Shown in pieces: positions 1 through 13,330 of a stretch of 64,000 nt of DNA. Position numbers and translations under genes: made by a program. The stretch's first letter is position 1. Each line of letters starts with the position of its first letter. The stretch comes from Glaucostegus cemiculus (lineage: Eukaryota), in the NCBI GenBank assembly GCA_976551045.1, contig CDPCPM010000012.1:7006001-7070000 (forward strand), written 5' to 3'. The notes under the pieces were generated by a model that saw only the letters and a program-made list of their open reading frames with translations, did not search any database and was not told where the DNA came from.

Positions 1-1236
1 GTATTTGAAGTGGCAAGACTGGAAACAAAAGTAAAAAGGTTTAAAATATTCACATGCACATAATATATTGAAAGTTTTAGCAAGCACATCTAATGCATAG
101 TTTTCTGTTCTAGCCAAATTTTCACTTGCCCATCACTACATTTTGATCCAAATGCAAAAATAAGGATCTGGATGTTAATACAATACAACCAGAAAAGATA
201 GCTATGCATGCAAATTCTCTACTAAAATATTACAAACACAAAGTTCAGCACAAAGAGGTATTATGTTTTATTGAAATATCATGCCATTTAAACTAAATTC
301 ACTGACCTTAAAATGAACTACAAGAAAATGTGTGAACCAGATATTACCTGGTTATATTGGATAGATACAAGCAGCTGCATCTTTGTACTGGATAAGGCAG
401 ACTACTGTGTCCCTCCCCATCATAAGAGATTCTTTTCAACTGCATTCACACTCTCAGTATTCTTGTGTTTTGCCCAGCTGTAAAGGAAGGTTCAGCTCCT
501 GCATCATCTAAACAACTCTGTTAACATTTACCCAAGAGCAGCTTTCTCTTTGTCCAGTCCCTGTCTCCCAACAGATGTCATCCAAATCTAATCAAGCATA
601 AAATGGTCATAAATATTTCTTTCTGGTAGATTTCACATCTACATTTCATGCAGGGACATGATATTTTCTAATACCTCCAGGGAGCACCTAATGCAAAAAA
701 CAGTTACTTACATTCATGACTCATGTTCTGATGGTAATATGAAGAGCGTGTTCTCAGTTCAAAGAGAACATAAAAAAAGCTCAAGATGCTTACTCGGCTT
801 TTATGTACCATGCATCACCATCTCCACTTAAGCATTACATTGTATTGCTTTGGTAAATAAAAAGCAAAACAAGACAATGTGCTCAGTGCACCGCCAGCGA
901 TGTGTACAGCATTACTTTATTCAGTCTTCATGTTTTGTTTCATAAAACATGACTCAAATTGATTTTTTTTAAGTTGGCACTTCATTTAGTTAACTCAGTT
1001 GTATAGATCTTTTCATGCACTTTGCTAAATTCTTCACATCCACTTTTTCTGATTGATATCATTAGCAGTTTATTTGTGACATCTGCCAATGCAGATCAAG
1101 GACTAGGATAGGTGCCCAGCCCTCCAAATTTCCTCCTCTTTAACACTGAGAACAATATCTAAATACACATTACATCTGCAACAAATTTAACAGTACAAAT
1201 AGTTGTACATAGATACAATTTAACTATTATTAAAGG

Positions 1237-3790
1237 AATGGCTGCAAGGTGAGCAAAGCTGGGAACTATATATTTATACTATTATTGAGGATACAAAAAG
1301 CCAAAGGAGATAGGATAGTGATATTAATAAGGTATAACATCAGGACGGTGGTTAAAAAAAAAACTGACTCAACACATCTTGTTATAGAATTAGAATCAGC
1401 TTGGGTGGACCCAAGAAATAGCAGGAGACAGAAAACATTGGTGGGAGTTGTTTGTAGGCCAAATAGTAATTGGTGAAGCAGTACGTGGCATAAATAAGGA
1501 AAAGAGAAGTTCATGTAACAGTATTACAGTAATCAAGGAAGATTTTAATCTAATTATAGACTGGGCAAATCAAATTAGTATTAGCAAAGTAGAGGATGAA
1601 ATCCTGCAATATATACAGTACCAGATAGATTTCTAAATCAGTATGTTGAAGAATTGATGAGGGAACAAACTATTTTAGATCTAGAAGTGTGCAAGTATAA
1701 GGGATAATTAATATTTTGTAAAGGGGGTTCTGTGAATAATATAGAATGTTTCATTAAGTTCAAAAACTATGCAGTTCAATCTGAAATTAATGTTTTGAAT
1801 CTAAACAAAGGAAACTGAAGGTATATAAAATAGGTTGGCTGTGGTAGACTGGGAAACTAGAATAAAGGAGATAACAATGGACAGACAACGGCTAGCATTT
1901 AAAGACATAATACATGATTTGCTGTAAATTTACATTCCTATAAAAGTTGAAACAAGAAAGTAAAAATAGTATTACATCCAAGCAAATGTTTATAAAGTTG
2001 CCAGGAAAAGCAATAAGCTTGAGGATTGTTAGTTTAGAATTCAGAGAAGGATGACCAAAAATATGATGAATAAAGGAAAAATAGAATATGACTGAAAATT
2101 AGCAAGGAATGTAAAAACAGACTGTAAGAGTATCCACAGGTATATAAAAAGGAAAAGATTAGTGAAGGCAAAGAAAGAGATGGAAGAATTTATAATTGGG
2201 AATCTGGAAATGGCAAAGGGAATTAAACAAATGTCTATGTCTGTCTTCAGGGAAGGAAAGACGCAAAGGCACCCAAGAATACTGGAGAACCAGGGTTCAG
2301 TTCAAATGAGAAAATGAATGAAGTTAAAAAGATCCTACTATAGAAACTAATGAGCCTGTAAACTGATAAATCCAAAGGACCTAATAATCTGCATTTCAGA
2401 GTTTTGAAAGAGATTGGAGATCAGGGATACAACAGTTATCACTGTCTGAAATGGTTCCTGTAGATTGGAGACTAGCAACTGTGACCCCACTATTCAATAA
2501 AAGGAAAGAGAAAACAAGGAACTAACAATCTATTAGCCTGACACTAGCAGTTGGAAAAATGCTGGAATCTATGATAAATAATGTGACAATGAGACACTTG
2601 GAAAATAATAATAAACTGAGCAGAGTCAACATAGATTTATGATAGGGAAAACATAATTGACAAATCCATTGGAGTTCTTTGAGGTGAGTATAGTAGAAAA
2701 GATTAAGGGAAACCAGTGAATGTGACATATTTGTAATTTTAGAAGATTTTTAATGAAGTCACTCACATGAGTTTGGTGAATAAGGTTAGAACAGTGAAAT
2801 TGAGAATAGACCAATGTGGATTAAGAGTTTGCCCTCAGAAAGAAAACAAAATGTAGGAATAAATGGGTCCTTCTCAGGTTGTGACTAGTGCTTCATTCCC
2901 AGGGTCAGTGTTTGGACCTGAACCATTCAGAATCTATACTGACAATTTGGCTGAGAGGATCAAATGTAACATTCTCAGTTTGCTAATGACAGGAAACTAA
3001 AGTGGGAATGCAAGTACTAATGAAGTTGCAAAAGAGCCTTCAAGAGGATGTGAACAAAATGAATGTGGGGCAACAAGGCAACTAGAATACAAATGTGGAA
3101 AAATGTGAGGGTATTTGGTAGATAAAACAGAAATGCAAAGTATTTTTTTTAAATAGTGAGAATTTGGGAAATGCTGACGTTCAAAGGGAAGTGGCATTCT
3201 TGTACATAAATCACTGAAGCCAAACATGCAGGTGAAAAAGCAATTAGGGAGCCAAGTCGTACGTTGACCTTCATTGCAAAAGATTTTGAGCACGTGTAAA
3301 GATGACTCACGTCAGTTATACTAGGTCTTAGTAAGAACATACCAATTTGTATACAATGAGTCTAATTTTGGTATCCTTCAAAATGGATATATTTGCTGTA
3401 GAGGGAGTGCAGCAAAATTTCACCAGACTGGTTCCTGGGACAGCAGGTTTGTCACAAGGAAAGATTGAGTAGGCTCTACTGTTATTCTCCAGAGGGTAGA
3501 AGAATGACAGGTGGCCTCAATGACCTGATGGCTTCAATTACTCTGAAAACTCAACAGGGTGATTTAAAGAAAACTCTTCCCCTGACTTAAGAATCTTACA
3601 TCAAGGATCACAGTCTCAATATAAAGGATAAACTGTTTAGGACTAGAAATGGCAAGACATGGTGAGTCTTTGGAATATGGTATTCTACAGGGTTGAAATG
3701 GTATTGAGATAGAAGATCAGCTATGATCTTGGTGCACAGTAGAGAAGCTCTGAGGGGCCATGTGGTCTTTTCCTGCTCTATTTCTGCTTC
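1237..3790 (+). mobile_element. Degenerate CR1-clade LINE ORF2 (endonuclease + reverse transcriptase) with 3' tail
   Basis: Endonuclease remnants in the ORF track (ESAWV...KTLVGVVCRP; VIKEDFNLIIDW). RT remnants: PQGSVLGP-like DNA at ~2896-2918 and FADD-like tttgctaatgac at 2979-2990. CR1-type tail ggccatgtggtcttttcctgctctatttc at ~3756-3784. Many stops and frameshifts. Confidence 0.9.
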
Positions 3791-5506
3791 TGCTTCCTTC
3801 CCATGAGGAGCTTGATGACCTGCATGGCTTCAGGTACTGATCACGTGAAGAATTAAGAGATTAAACATCATCCTATGACTAATGAGATGTTTGACAGAAA
3901 ATTTAATTTGTGTATTACCATTTCTAAAACCACAACTCAAAACATTTATTTTGAGAAGCACCACATAATCTTTATGTTTATTCTCAGGTGCTCTTCCTTT
4001 TTATTTTATACTGTAATATACAAATAGTTATAATCAATGTTATAAATTAATGCTATAATCAATTTCTATTTAATCGATTCTGACAAATGTTTTACCACGT
4101 TTCCTGTGTGAGTACATATAGTAGAAGTCCATAAACATTACCCCAGTGCCTAATATTCAAAATTTTGATTGGCCTTATTACACCTAGCTAGCTACTATAA
4201 ATTTTGCTGATTTTCAACGATAAAGTATTTCACGTAATTTGAAAATTAAATATAATGTATGTCTCACCATAATCCAGGACTTTTATGGAAGAAATGTAAG
4301 TGACCCAAAATATACTTTTTAAAATATAGCTTTACAAGACCATCACTTGATTACTGTTAGCCAAATTAATCTCTCAGGCAAAACATTTGCATGAAATTTT
4401 TGTCTGATGAGATGGATGTTATACAGACAACAGCAAGCAACACAACTTTTAATTTTGTGAATCCCTGAAGGCTCTGGTGACTCCACCAACTACAAATGGG
4501 GATGAGTCAAATTTACCAAGATGGTTTAAACAGACTAGCGTACGCTTCTCACACACATTAATTAAAAACTCCCACTGGTCTGTTAAGATAAAGACTTGAC
4601 AAACAACGTGCAGCAGCTGCATTTACGTGCAAGCCTGCTTTAAGTTTGCTTCTGACACAAAAAAAACCTGGCTTAATTGAAGCTTGTAAAAGCCTAGCCC
4701 GTAGTTGTTTTTAGAGATGGCACATTTAGCAACTAGACAGAATAAACTTCCCTTGCAGTTATCATCACTACATCACTAAATAAGACAGCAGACTCTTAAG
4801 TACCAGTTTCTAGTTGTTAAAGCCCTCCTCTCAAAGCATGCTTCATATGCAATCCTATGGGAACGATATCTGAAGACAAGCTAATGCAAAGGCAAAAGCA
4901 TTTCAATAAACAGTCATCATTTCTTTTTGTTGGTACCTTTGTGCTCCAGCTCAAGGTTCTGTCATCCATTTCCTTCCAGTGCTCTGAAGTTAAAGTAGTA
5001 TCATCTATAATCCAGGCTGTGCATGCACATTATAAATAAGAAATAAAAGAGGCTTTCAGTACACTACTTCTGCATTAGCTGCCTACCCTCTGCTTCTATC
5101 TCCATGTCTGGATTTTGATCATTAATACTTACCTATCTATGCACAATGTGTCGGCAGTGAAATGCATCTTATATGAAACATAAAAAACAAAGATTTAAAG
5201 TAGGCAAGGTCTCAATTTCAATTGTTACAATTAATTTAGCCTTCAACCATTTTGTCCTGACAAGAAATGAGACCAGTTAAATGTCCCAACATTTTGGTTT
5301 AAACAGTGATTATTTTGAAGTTTCTTTAGTAGATATTACTTTAGAAATCAGAAGAGGAGAGAGCAGATTCAATGCTTTGATTTCAAAAGCAAAGGATTTA
5401 TGACCATGAAATTGGAGCCTGTAACACCCATTTCTTGGATGCTACACGTGTTGATTCAGTTTGAAATTTATTCAGGATGAGAATCTGCACATTTTAAAAT
5501 AAGATC

Positions 5507-5775
5507 TAGTTCACATGTACATTGAAACACACAGTGAAATGCGTCTTTTTCTATACAGTGTTCTAAGGGCAGCTCACAAGTGTCACCACGCTTCCGGCAC
5601 CAACATAGCATGCCCACAACTTCCTAACCTGTACGTCTTTAGAATGTGCAAGGAAAACAGAGCACCTGAAGAAAACCCATGCAGACCTGGGGAGAATGTA
5701 CAAACTCCTTACAGACAGCGGCAGGAATTGAACCCAGGTCGCTGGTGCCGTAATAGCATTATGCTAACCGCTACA
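5507..5775 (-). mobile_element. tRNA-derived SINE with V-SINE-like core, copy 1 (same family as 41760-42050)
   Basis: Closely similar to 41760-42050 over ~260 bp. Pol III B box GGTTCAATTCC on the minus strand at 5724-5734. Core 'gaaaacccatgcagac..gggagaatgtacaaactcc'. Confidence 0.9.
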
Positions 5776-7214
5776 TGGATGGAAATGCATGTGTCATTTG
5801 TGCATGGCGGAAGTATGCAGAGTAAGCATATCATATCAACCCCAATGTGATGCTTATTTAATACTAACAGCCAAATTAGATCTTGATGATCCAGCTAATA
5901 CCATGTATATAAGCACATGTGGAAAAACAAGGATTTAACAGCAAAAAGAACACTACGTGCCCTCATGGCACAAGGGACCTGTGGGGCTTGGAAGTGTTTA
6001 ATAGCTGGACTACCCCTGTGGTTGACAAGATGTATGTAAGTGATGTGGCTGAATGTACTTCGTGCATGTAGCCCCAAAGCACTGCTGCCATATGTGGGAG
6101 CTTTAGTGGCTATTCCTTTGAATCTGCAATATAACAACAAAGAGAATGTCCATTGACTAATGACAACCTGCCAGAAAAGGGAGAAGAGGAACAGGAGGGC
6201 TCTCAGCAGAAAAACCCATCCACAAAATGGAACATTTCTCCTACACCCAGGTAAGCAAGAAGAAAGGAGAGACTCCATCTCAAAGGATGCACTCACAACG
6301 TTCTGACAGGTGCCACATTGCATCTGCATTGCAGAGAAGGACCAGGTCCACTCTGCCAATGGAAGGAAAGGCCACTGTGGCAATGAATTGCTGTTTCTTG
6401 GTCTTTCCAGGCTGGTACTTGGGACAGCAGTAAGTAGTTCTTTAGCTTGCTGTGCACAACAATGCTTTGACAGATAGTGAGCTTGATTTCATCGACTTTT
6501 CCTTGGGGAATGAGCAGCAAGCACTGAAACCAAAGAAATCCTTGAGAATTGCAATCTTCCCAACGGACATGGAGTCCCAACAACTCCACCTATCTTGCCT
6601 CAAGGGCACCACATGAGAATCTAGAGATGTACAATAAACCAAAGGATCTTACTCCCTGAATGTATAACTCATCTGCAATCATTCCCAGAAACTCAGAAGG
6701 GTCAATCTGTGATGGCTTGACAGCAGTCTTCATTCACACATATTGAAACGGACTGCTGTGCACTCTGTTTTTGAATCAACATACCAGTTCAAAGGTCTAA
6801 GATATTCTCTGGCTCCTCACACCAATCCAAAACCCAGCCACCAGATGCAAATGCTCTGGGAATGAAAGATAGGCTGTTGTCAGCACATTATCGAACAAAT
6901 CATTCTTCCACTACCTGGGTTACTCTGGCCATATCTTTCAGTGTACAACACAGCAAGTATCTACATTCTTCATTACGCACTGGAACCTCCACAACCTGAC
7001 AATGATGCCAGCAGGGGGGACAGGAATCAAGGGAGCAAGGGAAAGAAAGGAGCAGGCATGAATGGGAGCTCCTTTCTGGTCAGCAGCCAGGGAGAAACTT
7101 AAAGTAAGATTTTAATAAATAAAATCCTAGTTCCATTAGCAACTCCTCAGGGAATTAAATAATATACTCCTGCATTGCAGAAAGATATACACAACATTCA
7201 GACTTTGCCTGATA

Positions 7215-7925
7215 AATAACATCCAGTGCCAGGCAATGAGCATTTTTAACCAAGACAAAAATCTAACCACTACCCCTTCTCCCAACCCTCATGGATATTC
7301 AATGGCATTAGCAGAATCCAGTATCATTAACATCCCTGAAGTTACCACTGACTAGAATGACAACGAGGTCAGCCATGCAAATATTCTGGGTTTCAAAGGT
7401 CAGTGGCTGTGCATGCTGTAGCAAGGGAATTGTTTCCCAACACCCCAGAGACATGCTGCAAGCCATATTAAGAAAGTGACAGAATTATCTGCATTTCTAA
7501 CTGAACCCAAGAAATTACATTTTCCAGGACAGAACAATTGGCACATCGTCCACCACCCTGACCATTTCCTCCTTCCGTCATCATGGATCACTTGCATCAT
7601 CCATGAAACATATTGCAGCAACTCACTAAGGCTTCTTTGACAGCATATCCCAAACACACAAACTCTACCAGCTAGAAGGCCGAGGATATAGCAAGTGTAT
7701 GGGAAAACCACCACCTGCAAATTCCCCTCCAAGTCATATCGGTCCCAATTTGGGAATATATCCCCATACCTCCATCATTACTGGACCAGGTCCAGGAAGT
7801 CTCAGCCAAGACTGAGCGTCTTCACCATAAAAACTAAGTAATTCAAAGAAATCTGGCTTACACATCCTTCACAGTTAAGTACACACATTAAATGCTGGCC
7901 TTGCCAGCAACACCTATATCTACTG
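7215..7925 (+). mobile_element. Old CR1-like LINE 3' fragment
   Basis: Degenerate RT C-terminal DNA ending in the tail aaatgctggccttgccagcaacacctatatc. The same tail occurs reversed at ~31985-32045. Confidence 0.7.
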
Positions 7926-8029
7926 AGCAAATATACTTGCTTTAAAAAAATCTGCATTCCAATAGTATTTCCAATTTACCCTTTGTTCCCAATCACCAGA
8001 GCCTAATTAACCACAAATATTGAATACAA

Positions 8030-8750
8030 GGCCACAACCCTGTCTTCATCAACCGAGCTGCCGTAAAGCTGGTCGACAGCTTCAAGTTCCTTGGCATCCA
8101 CATCATCGGAAACCTCACCTGGTCCCTCCACGCTGATTCAGTGATCAAGAAAGCCCAGCAACGCATGTAATTTCTGAGGCAAGAAGATTCAGCTTGTCAC
8201 AAGGATTATCTCAAACTTCTACAGATGCATCATAGAAAGTATCCTGACAGGTTGCATCTCAGCCTGGTATGGGCAACTGCTCTGTTCTGGAGTGACAGAA
8301 GCTGTAGAGAATGTTGAACACCACCCAGTCCATCGTCACAGCGCATTGCTTCAAGAAAGCTCATAGTTCAAAGATACCTGCCACCCTGGCCATTCCCTTT
8401 TCTCTCTATACCTCTGGGAGAGCTTGAAAGTCTGGATGACCAGACTTAAGGACAGCTTTTTGCCCACTGCTATGAGACTTCTGAACCAATCACCTCTTTC
8501 ACTTCCCCTTCCAGGGGGGTGCTGTCACATTCTCAGACTTAATTCTACCTCTATTATTAATTCTGTTATTATCACTTTAGCATTCGTTTCTGCACTACTT
8601 AAGATTGCACCATGTTATTCTGCCCTTGTTACTGTATTTATTGTTCTATTTATTATTACCAAGTCTACTGTTTACTCTGTGAGCTTCATGTGAACAAGGG
8701 ATTTCATTGCACCCTGGTGTACATGACAATAAACTAACCTGAATCTGAAC
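8030..8750 (+). mobile_element. Rex1/Babar-type LINE 3' fragment
   Basis: Encodes remnants of SFKFLGIHI..NLTWS..KKAQQR..FLR and RLKDSFLPTAMRLLN, homologous to the 11575-11990 ORF. Ends in acaataaac followed by ctgaatctgaa. Confidence 0.9.
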
Positions 8751-9039
8751 CACGAACAAATCTAGATTAACAGTTCAAACCATATTTGTATATCTAGCAA
8801 TGAAATAAAAAACACAGACACAGCATAAACTACCTTCATGCATTCTTTCCCCGTGGCTTTCCCCAGTGAATAGAACATGCCTAGAGGAAGATTGCCAGCT
8901 TGAAGCAGAGGAAGTGCCAGAAGGCATCATCAGGCCCAGCTCCAGACTACAACTCTCTCAGCACAAGCACCAGCAGTCAGCTGGCCAATGCTGACAGACA
9001 ACACCAAGGGCACTGACAGAGCAGCAGTGGTATCATCAG

Positions 9040-9240
9040 AAAACAAATACAGAAAATGCTGGAAATACTCAGCAGGGCAGGCTACATCTGTGGGAAGAAA
9101 CAACATAGAGTTAACGTTTCAGAACTATTCTGACGAAGGGTCTCCAATCTGAAATACTGGTTCTTTTTCTCCTTCCACAGATGTGGCCTGACCTGCTGAG
9201 TTTTTCTAGCATTTTCTACTTTTGTTTCAGATTTCCAGAT
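9040..9240. repeat. Palindromic non-autonomous element built from two inverted Penelope-like termini
   Basis: Arms 9051-9095 and 9173-9217 are reverse complements (40/45 identical by manual comparison). The centre carries CTGACGA..GAAA. Confidence 0.8.
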
Positions 9241-9579
9241 GAACAGTTTTTTTTACTTTCATGTATCATTACAGATATTGTTACCCTGAGAAGAGATTTG
9301 TGCTCCATGGAGCCATAGCTACTGCCACTCCTTTGAGGCAGTGTATCACCAATCCTAGTAATCTGCCAGATTGCTGGATGGAAATGATACCCTTGGTCCC
9401 TCTGAACACCACTATCTAGAGCCATAATGGATGCAACTTGAGTTTCTATTGCAAACACACACAAGGTACCATGGCATCACTCAGATGTTTGTGATTGCTA
9501 ATGTAATGCAAGAGAAATCAAGATATCAGCCATCAAACACTACAACAAAATTTAAATAAAACAGAATAAAATATCCAAA

Positions 9580-9663
9580 ATAAAAACAGAAATTGCTGGG
9601 AAAACTCAAAAGGTCAGGCAGCATCTGTAGAAAGAGATGATTTTCCAGCATTTTCTGTTTTAA
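9580..9663. repeat. Internally deleted copy of the same palindromic element
   Basis: Inverted ends aaaacagaaattgctgggaaa ... ttttccagcattttctgtttt, with the shared ggtcaggcagcatctgt motif between them. Confidence 0.7.
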
Positions 9664-10619
9664 TATCAAACATTACAAGACAGTTGGGTTTGCAAATGGT
9701 GAAATGGAGCTGATCACAACTTCCATGTTGGAAAAGATAGACTCCAGGTTCCACATAAAGTGTTGTGCAAGGTTGGAGCTGCTCTTACCCATGCTCACTG
9801 ATATTTCACATATGCTGTTTGGTAGACCAGTCAGTACGTCAAAGCATTTTGTTCTGCAGCAATGTCAATATTGTCTGTCAGCTACCTTATTGTATCTCTC
9901 ATTTGATTCTTTTGCGGCAGAGAAGTCTAGGGACCGGGGACCTGGGATCTGAATTACCCTTATGTCTACTCTGGCAGATAGTTGATAACTCACCAAATGC
10001 AGAGGCCATCTCTACGTAGCATGCTAAATGTCATTATCTGAACTGGTGACCACACCTGTCAGATCAAGTTGCTCTGTCACCGGGATCAGTGGGACTTCTC
10101 AGCTATCTGAAAGGAGCAAGGCACATGGGTGAAATATAGAGTGGGGAGAGGATGGAGTTACCAGGTGAAAGTGCACGCATACACCTTCTGCAGCTGATCA
10201 ACCAAAAGAGATTTTAAGATAAGGGAGAAGTGGAGGAGCATAACAACATTTTCAATGTTAAATGATTTACCACTGACCAGACACTTTGGTGGGTGTTTAA
10301 GAAGAATGACCAGCAGATACACATCCAGAGAAAAAGCCACTGGAGCTATACTTGACACCTACTGGTTTGATCCTCTCCATGCTGATTATTTGTTACCCTC
10401 TCCTACAAGAGAGTGAAACCTGCTAATGAATATTTCACAATGCGAGAGTGGATAACATCCTCTCATGAGTGATTAGATTCAGCATGTATAAACTGTTAGA
10501 TATGGTTTGAAGTTGAGCGACAGGTATATATTGTTTGGATCAGTGTACGAGGTTAATTGTGCAGCTGATGCGGATTTGGTGAGCATTCACTAACCTTGAG
10601 CATGCATACATGTCGTGTG

Positions 10620-10890
10620 GTACTGCTTTCAGGCCTTTGAGACTTCATTCTTCACATTGGCCCTGAAAGCAATACCATCTCCTCCCCCTGCCACCTGCTC
10701 AGAGGACTTGCTGGCCCCATGTGGGAAGAACAGCTCTCTACTCCTTTCTGTCTTGTTGATCAAGGATAAGAAAGCCTCATCAGTTAACCTCTCTTGTCTT
10801 TCTGTCATCTCACCCATAAAGCGCAAGGCTTCCAAATAACTTCCAGCACTAACACACCTCCCCTTTAAGAGGTACAAGGTTGCCATTAAT
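10620..10890 (-). mobile_element. Decayed PIF/Harbinger-type Myb/SANT-like ORF remnant
   Basis: ORF 10629-10886 (RQERLTDEAFLSLINKTERSRELFFPHG...IAFRAN) follows the recalled pattern R..RF.D.AL..L...VE.RR..LFP.G...W..IA..VN, with the key Trp lost. Confidence 0.5.
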
Positions 10891-11035
10891 CACCAGCTAG
10901 TTTGAAATAGCAATAGCTCCTCATGAAATTGGGTCTATGGATATAAGTACTAAGGTAATAAGCACTGGCTGGCTACTGATTTCATGTTAATGAGGTGGGA
11001 TAGGAATTTTGCATGTGTTCTGCACCAAGTCAAAT

Positions 11036-11990
11036 AGGAATCAGAATCAGTTTTATTGTCACAACCATATATAGACATAGCATGCATAGGAGCGAGATAC
11101 CGTCCTCCTCAGGTGCATGCCCCATTAAATAACAAACAGAAAAGACACAGACACACTGAACAAAAAAAACATTAAAACTATGGAAGTTTAAATTAAATAC
11201 GGCAGGTTAAATAAATAGTTTTAAAGTGAACGAGCTGGTGGCAGGCATTTAAAGTGCTGGTGCACTTCTGTGTGCCTAGCATCCCTTAGTGTTAACAAAG
11301 TAGCTGGAGGAATGAGAGAGTTCACAGTTCTGATGGCTTGTGGAAAGAAGCTATTGCTCAGCCTGGTCATTCTCGCCCTGATACATTTGAGCCTTCTTCC
11401 AGATGGCAAAATTGGAAAGAGATGATGGGAGGGGTGAGAAGGATCTGCCATTATATCTTTGGTCTTCCTAAAACAACGGTCCTTGTATATGTCTACAATG
11501 TATGGAAGAGAGACACCTATGATCCTCTCCGCAGCCCTAACTATCCTCTGGAGGGACTTCCGCCCAGCAGCTGATCAGCTTCCAAACCAGACAGTGATAC
11601 ACTGGGTTAAGATGCTCTCAATGGTCCCTCTATAGAAAGTTTTCATAACTGAGGGATGGGAATTCACCTTCCTCAGTCTCCGCAGGAAGTAGAGGCGTTT
11701 CTGGGCTTTCTTCGTGAAGGCCGTGGTGTTAGTGGACCAGGTCAGGTCATCAGTGATGTGAACCCCCAGGAACTTGGTGCTGCTGACTTGTTCCACTGCA
11801 GACCCGTTGATGGTCAGTGGGGCGTGCACACGGTGACCCATCCTGAAATCCACTATCATCTCCTTGTTTTTTTCCACATTCAAGGAGAGGTTGTTGTCAC
11901 TGCACCACATGGCTAGTTGCTTCACCTCCTCTCTGTAGTCCAACTCATCGTCGTCCGTGACAAGACCCACCACTGTCGTGTCATCAGTTA
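11036..11990 (-). mobile_element. Rex1/Babar-type LINE, 5'-truncated and comparatively young
   Basis: ORF 11575-12033 contains DDTTVVGL..YREEV..L..WC..NNLSLNVEK.KEMIVDFR..KFLGVHITDDLTWS..KKAQKRLYFLR. It continues in 11221-11451 (DPSHPSHHLF..LPSGRR..RLSNSFFPQAIR). The 3' end is AATAAA plus (CTGATT)n at 11036-11057. The 5' truncation falls at the RT DD motif. Confidence 0.95.
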
Positions 11991-13049
11991 ATTGTGCATC
12001 ACGCTTCCAAGGCTCATTTCCTACCACCTTCAAATTTAGCCCCTCATGTTTTTAATCCAGATGTCTAAAACAAAAATCCATAAAGTTATCTAAGGTATCA
12101 AACTATTATAACTAATGGAGATTAAACTAAAATAATGAGAACTGATAAATCCTTCCTATGAACTGTTCACTGTTTAATGATGCATTAGCGTTTCTACATT
12201 GGTTGGACGACAAACTCAGTGATCACATAGCTTGGAGAGAATGTCTATCTGATGAATCTCTTTAATGGCATTTATATGTCATAACAGAGGGGTAAAGATC
12301 AAGATGTGTATTTGCATAAACCATTGTGAAGTCAGCCAGCCTATTCTGCCGTCAGTCAGAAAAACACTCATTAGGTTCCCACACTCACATTTCTAAAAAC
12401 CAAATGAGATAAACAAAATGCTTAATCTTCAAATACTTTTTACTTTTAAGCTAGAACAAGACAACTTGCTCATGAGTTACAAGGACTGAAAAATGCTGGA
12501 TCTGTGATATCCATCTCTGCTCTTCTTTTAAAATAAAACACTGATATGAAAGTATAAGCATATATAAAATAAATATATGTATTCAAACCATTTATTCAGA
12601 CACATTCTAGTCTTTTATACTTTGCATTTAGTAGTTTTAAGGACATGGACAAACAAAAAATACACTCGCCGCTGTTCTTCCAGGATGTTCAATAGCTTCA
12701 GGCCAGGAGAAATATCTTTTCATCTTATTTCTTATACTATTTCCCTTTCTTCCTCCACTACAATTGCTTTTATTTTCCAAACACTACAGTAGAATTGATA
12801 GCTTATAATCTTAAATCACACTGTTTTAAAAGTCACAGGGGAAGAAACTGAACTGTACCAGAAAATGTGTTGTGGGACCATGATTAACCAATTTTTGATC
12901 TAGCTAAGAATGCACACGAAATATCTGTTCCTGCTTTATTACCAGTGTCCAGGTGCATGAGTCACCTGTTTATTGCCTTTGTGTATGTATACCTGTGGGG
13001 TGCTGGCTGGCTGTTCATGTTGACCGATCATGCTGACTGAAACCTTGCC

Positions 13050-13330
13050 TGCATATCTTAATGAGGAGATGTTCTTGGATCGTTGTAGGTCTGGACTATT
13101 TTGCATAGATAGGCCCATCTGCAGGGCTACATAGAGATTTGAACAGGAGAATGAGAATTTTAAACCAACGACTTTTGCAGACTGGGAAGTGGTGAACATA
13201 GGTGATACATAAACTGAATTTGGTAGCATTTCAGATATGACGAGCAGACTTTTGGTTAAACTTAACTTTAAAGACTATGTGAGATAAGAAGCTGGCCATC
13301 AGAACAGCTGGGTCCAGAGGGAATGAAAAG
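13050..13330 (-). mobile_element. Old L2-clade LINE fragment
   Basis: gagatttgaacaggagaatgagaattttaaa is the reverse of the FKIL..FKSL-coding motif also seen on the + strand at ~19400-19435. Confidence 0.55.

Noticed and set aside
5895-7050. Overlapping ORFs of 66-162 aa in a GC-richer stretch
   Set aside because: No recognisable domain or splice framework. Probably a very decayed retroelement, but I could not assign a family.
11656-11916. Plus-strand ORF of 86 aa
   Set aside because: Antisense shadow of the Rex1-type RT frame.
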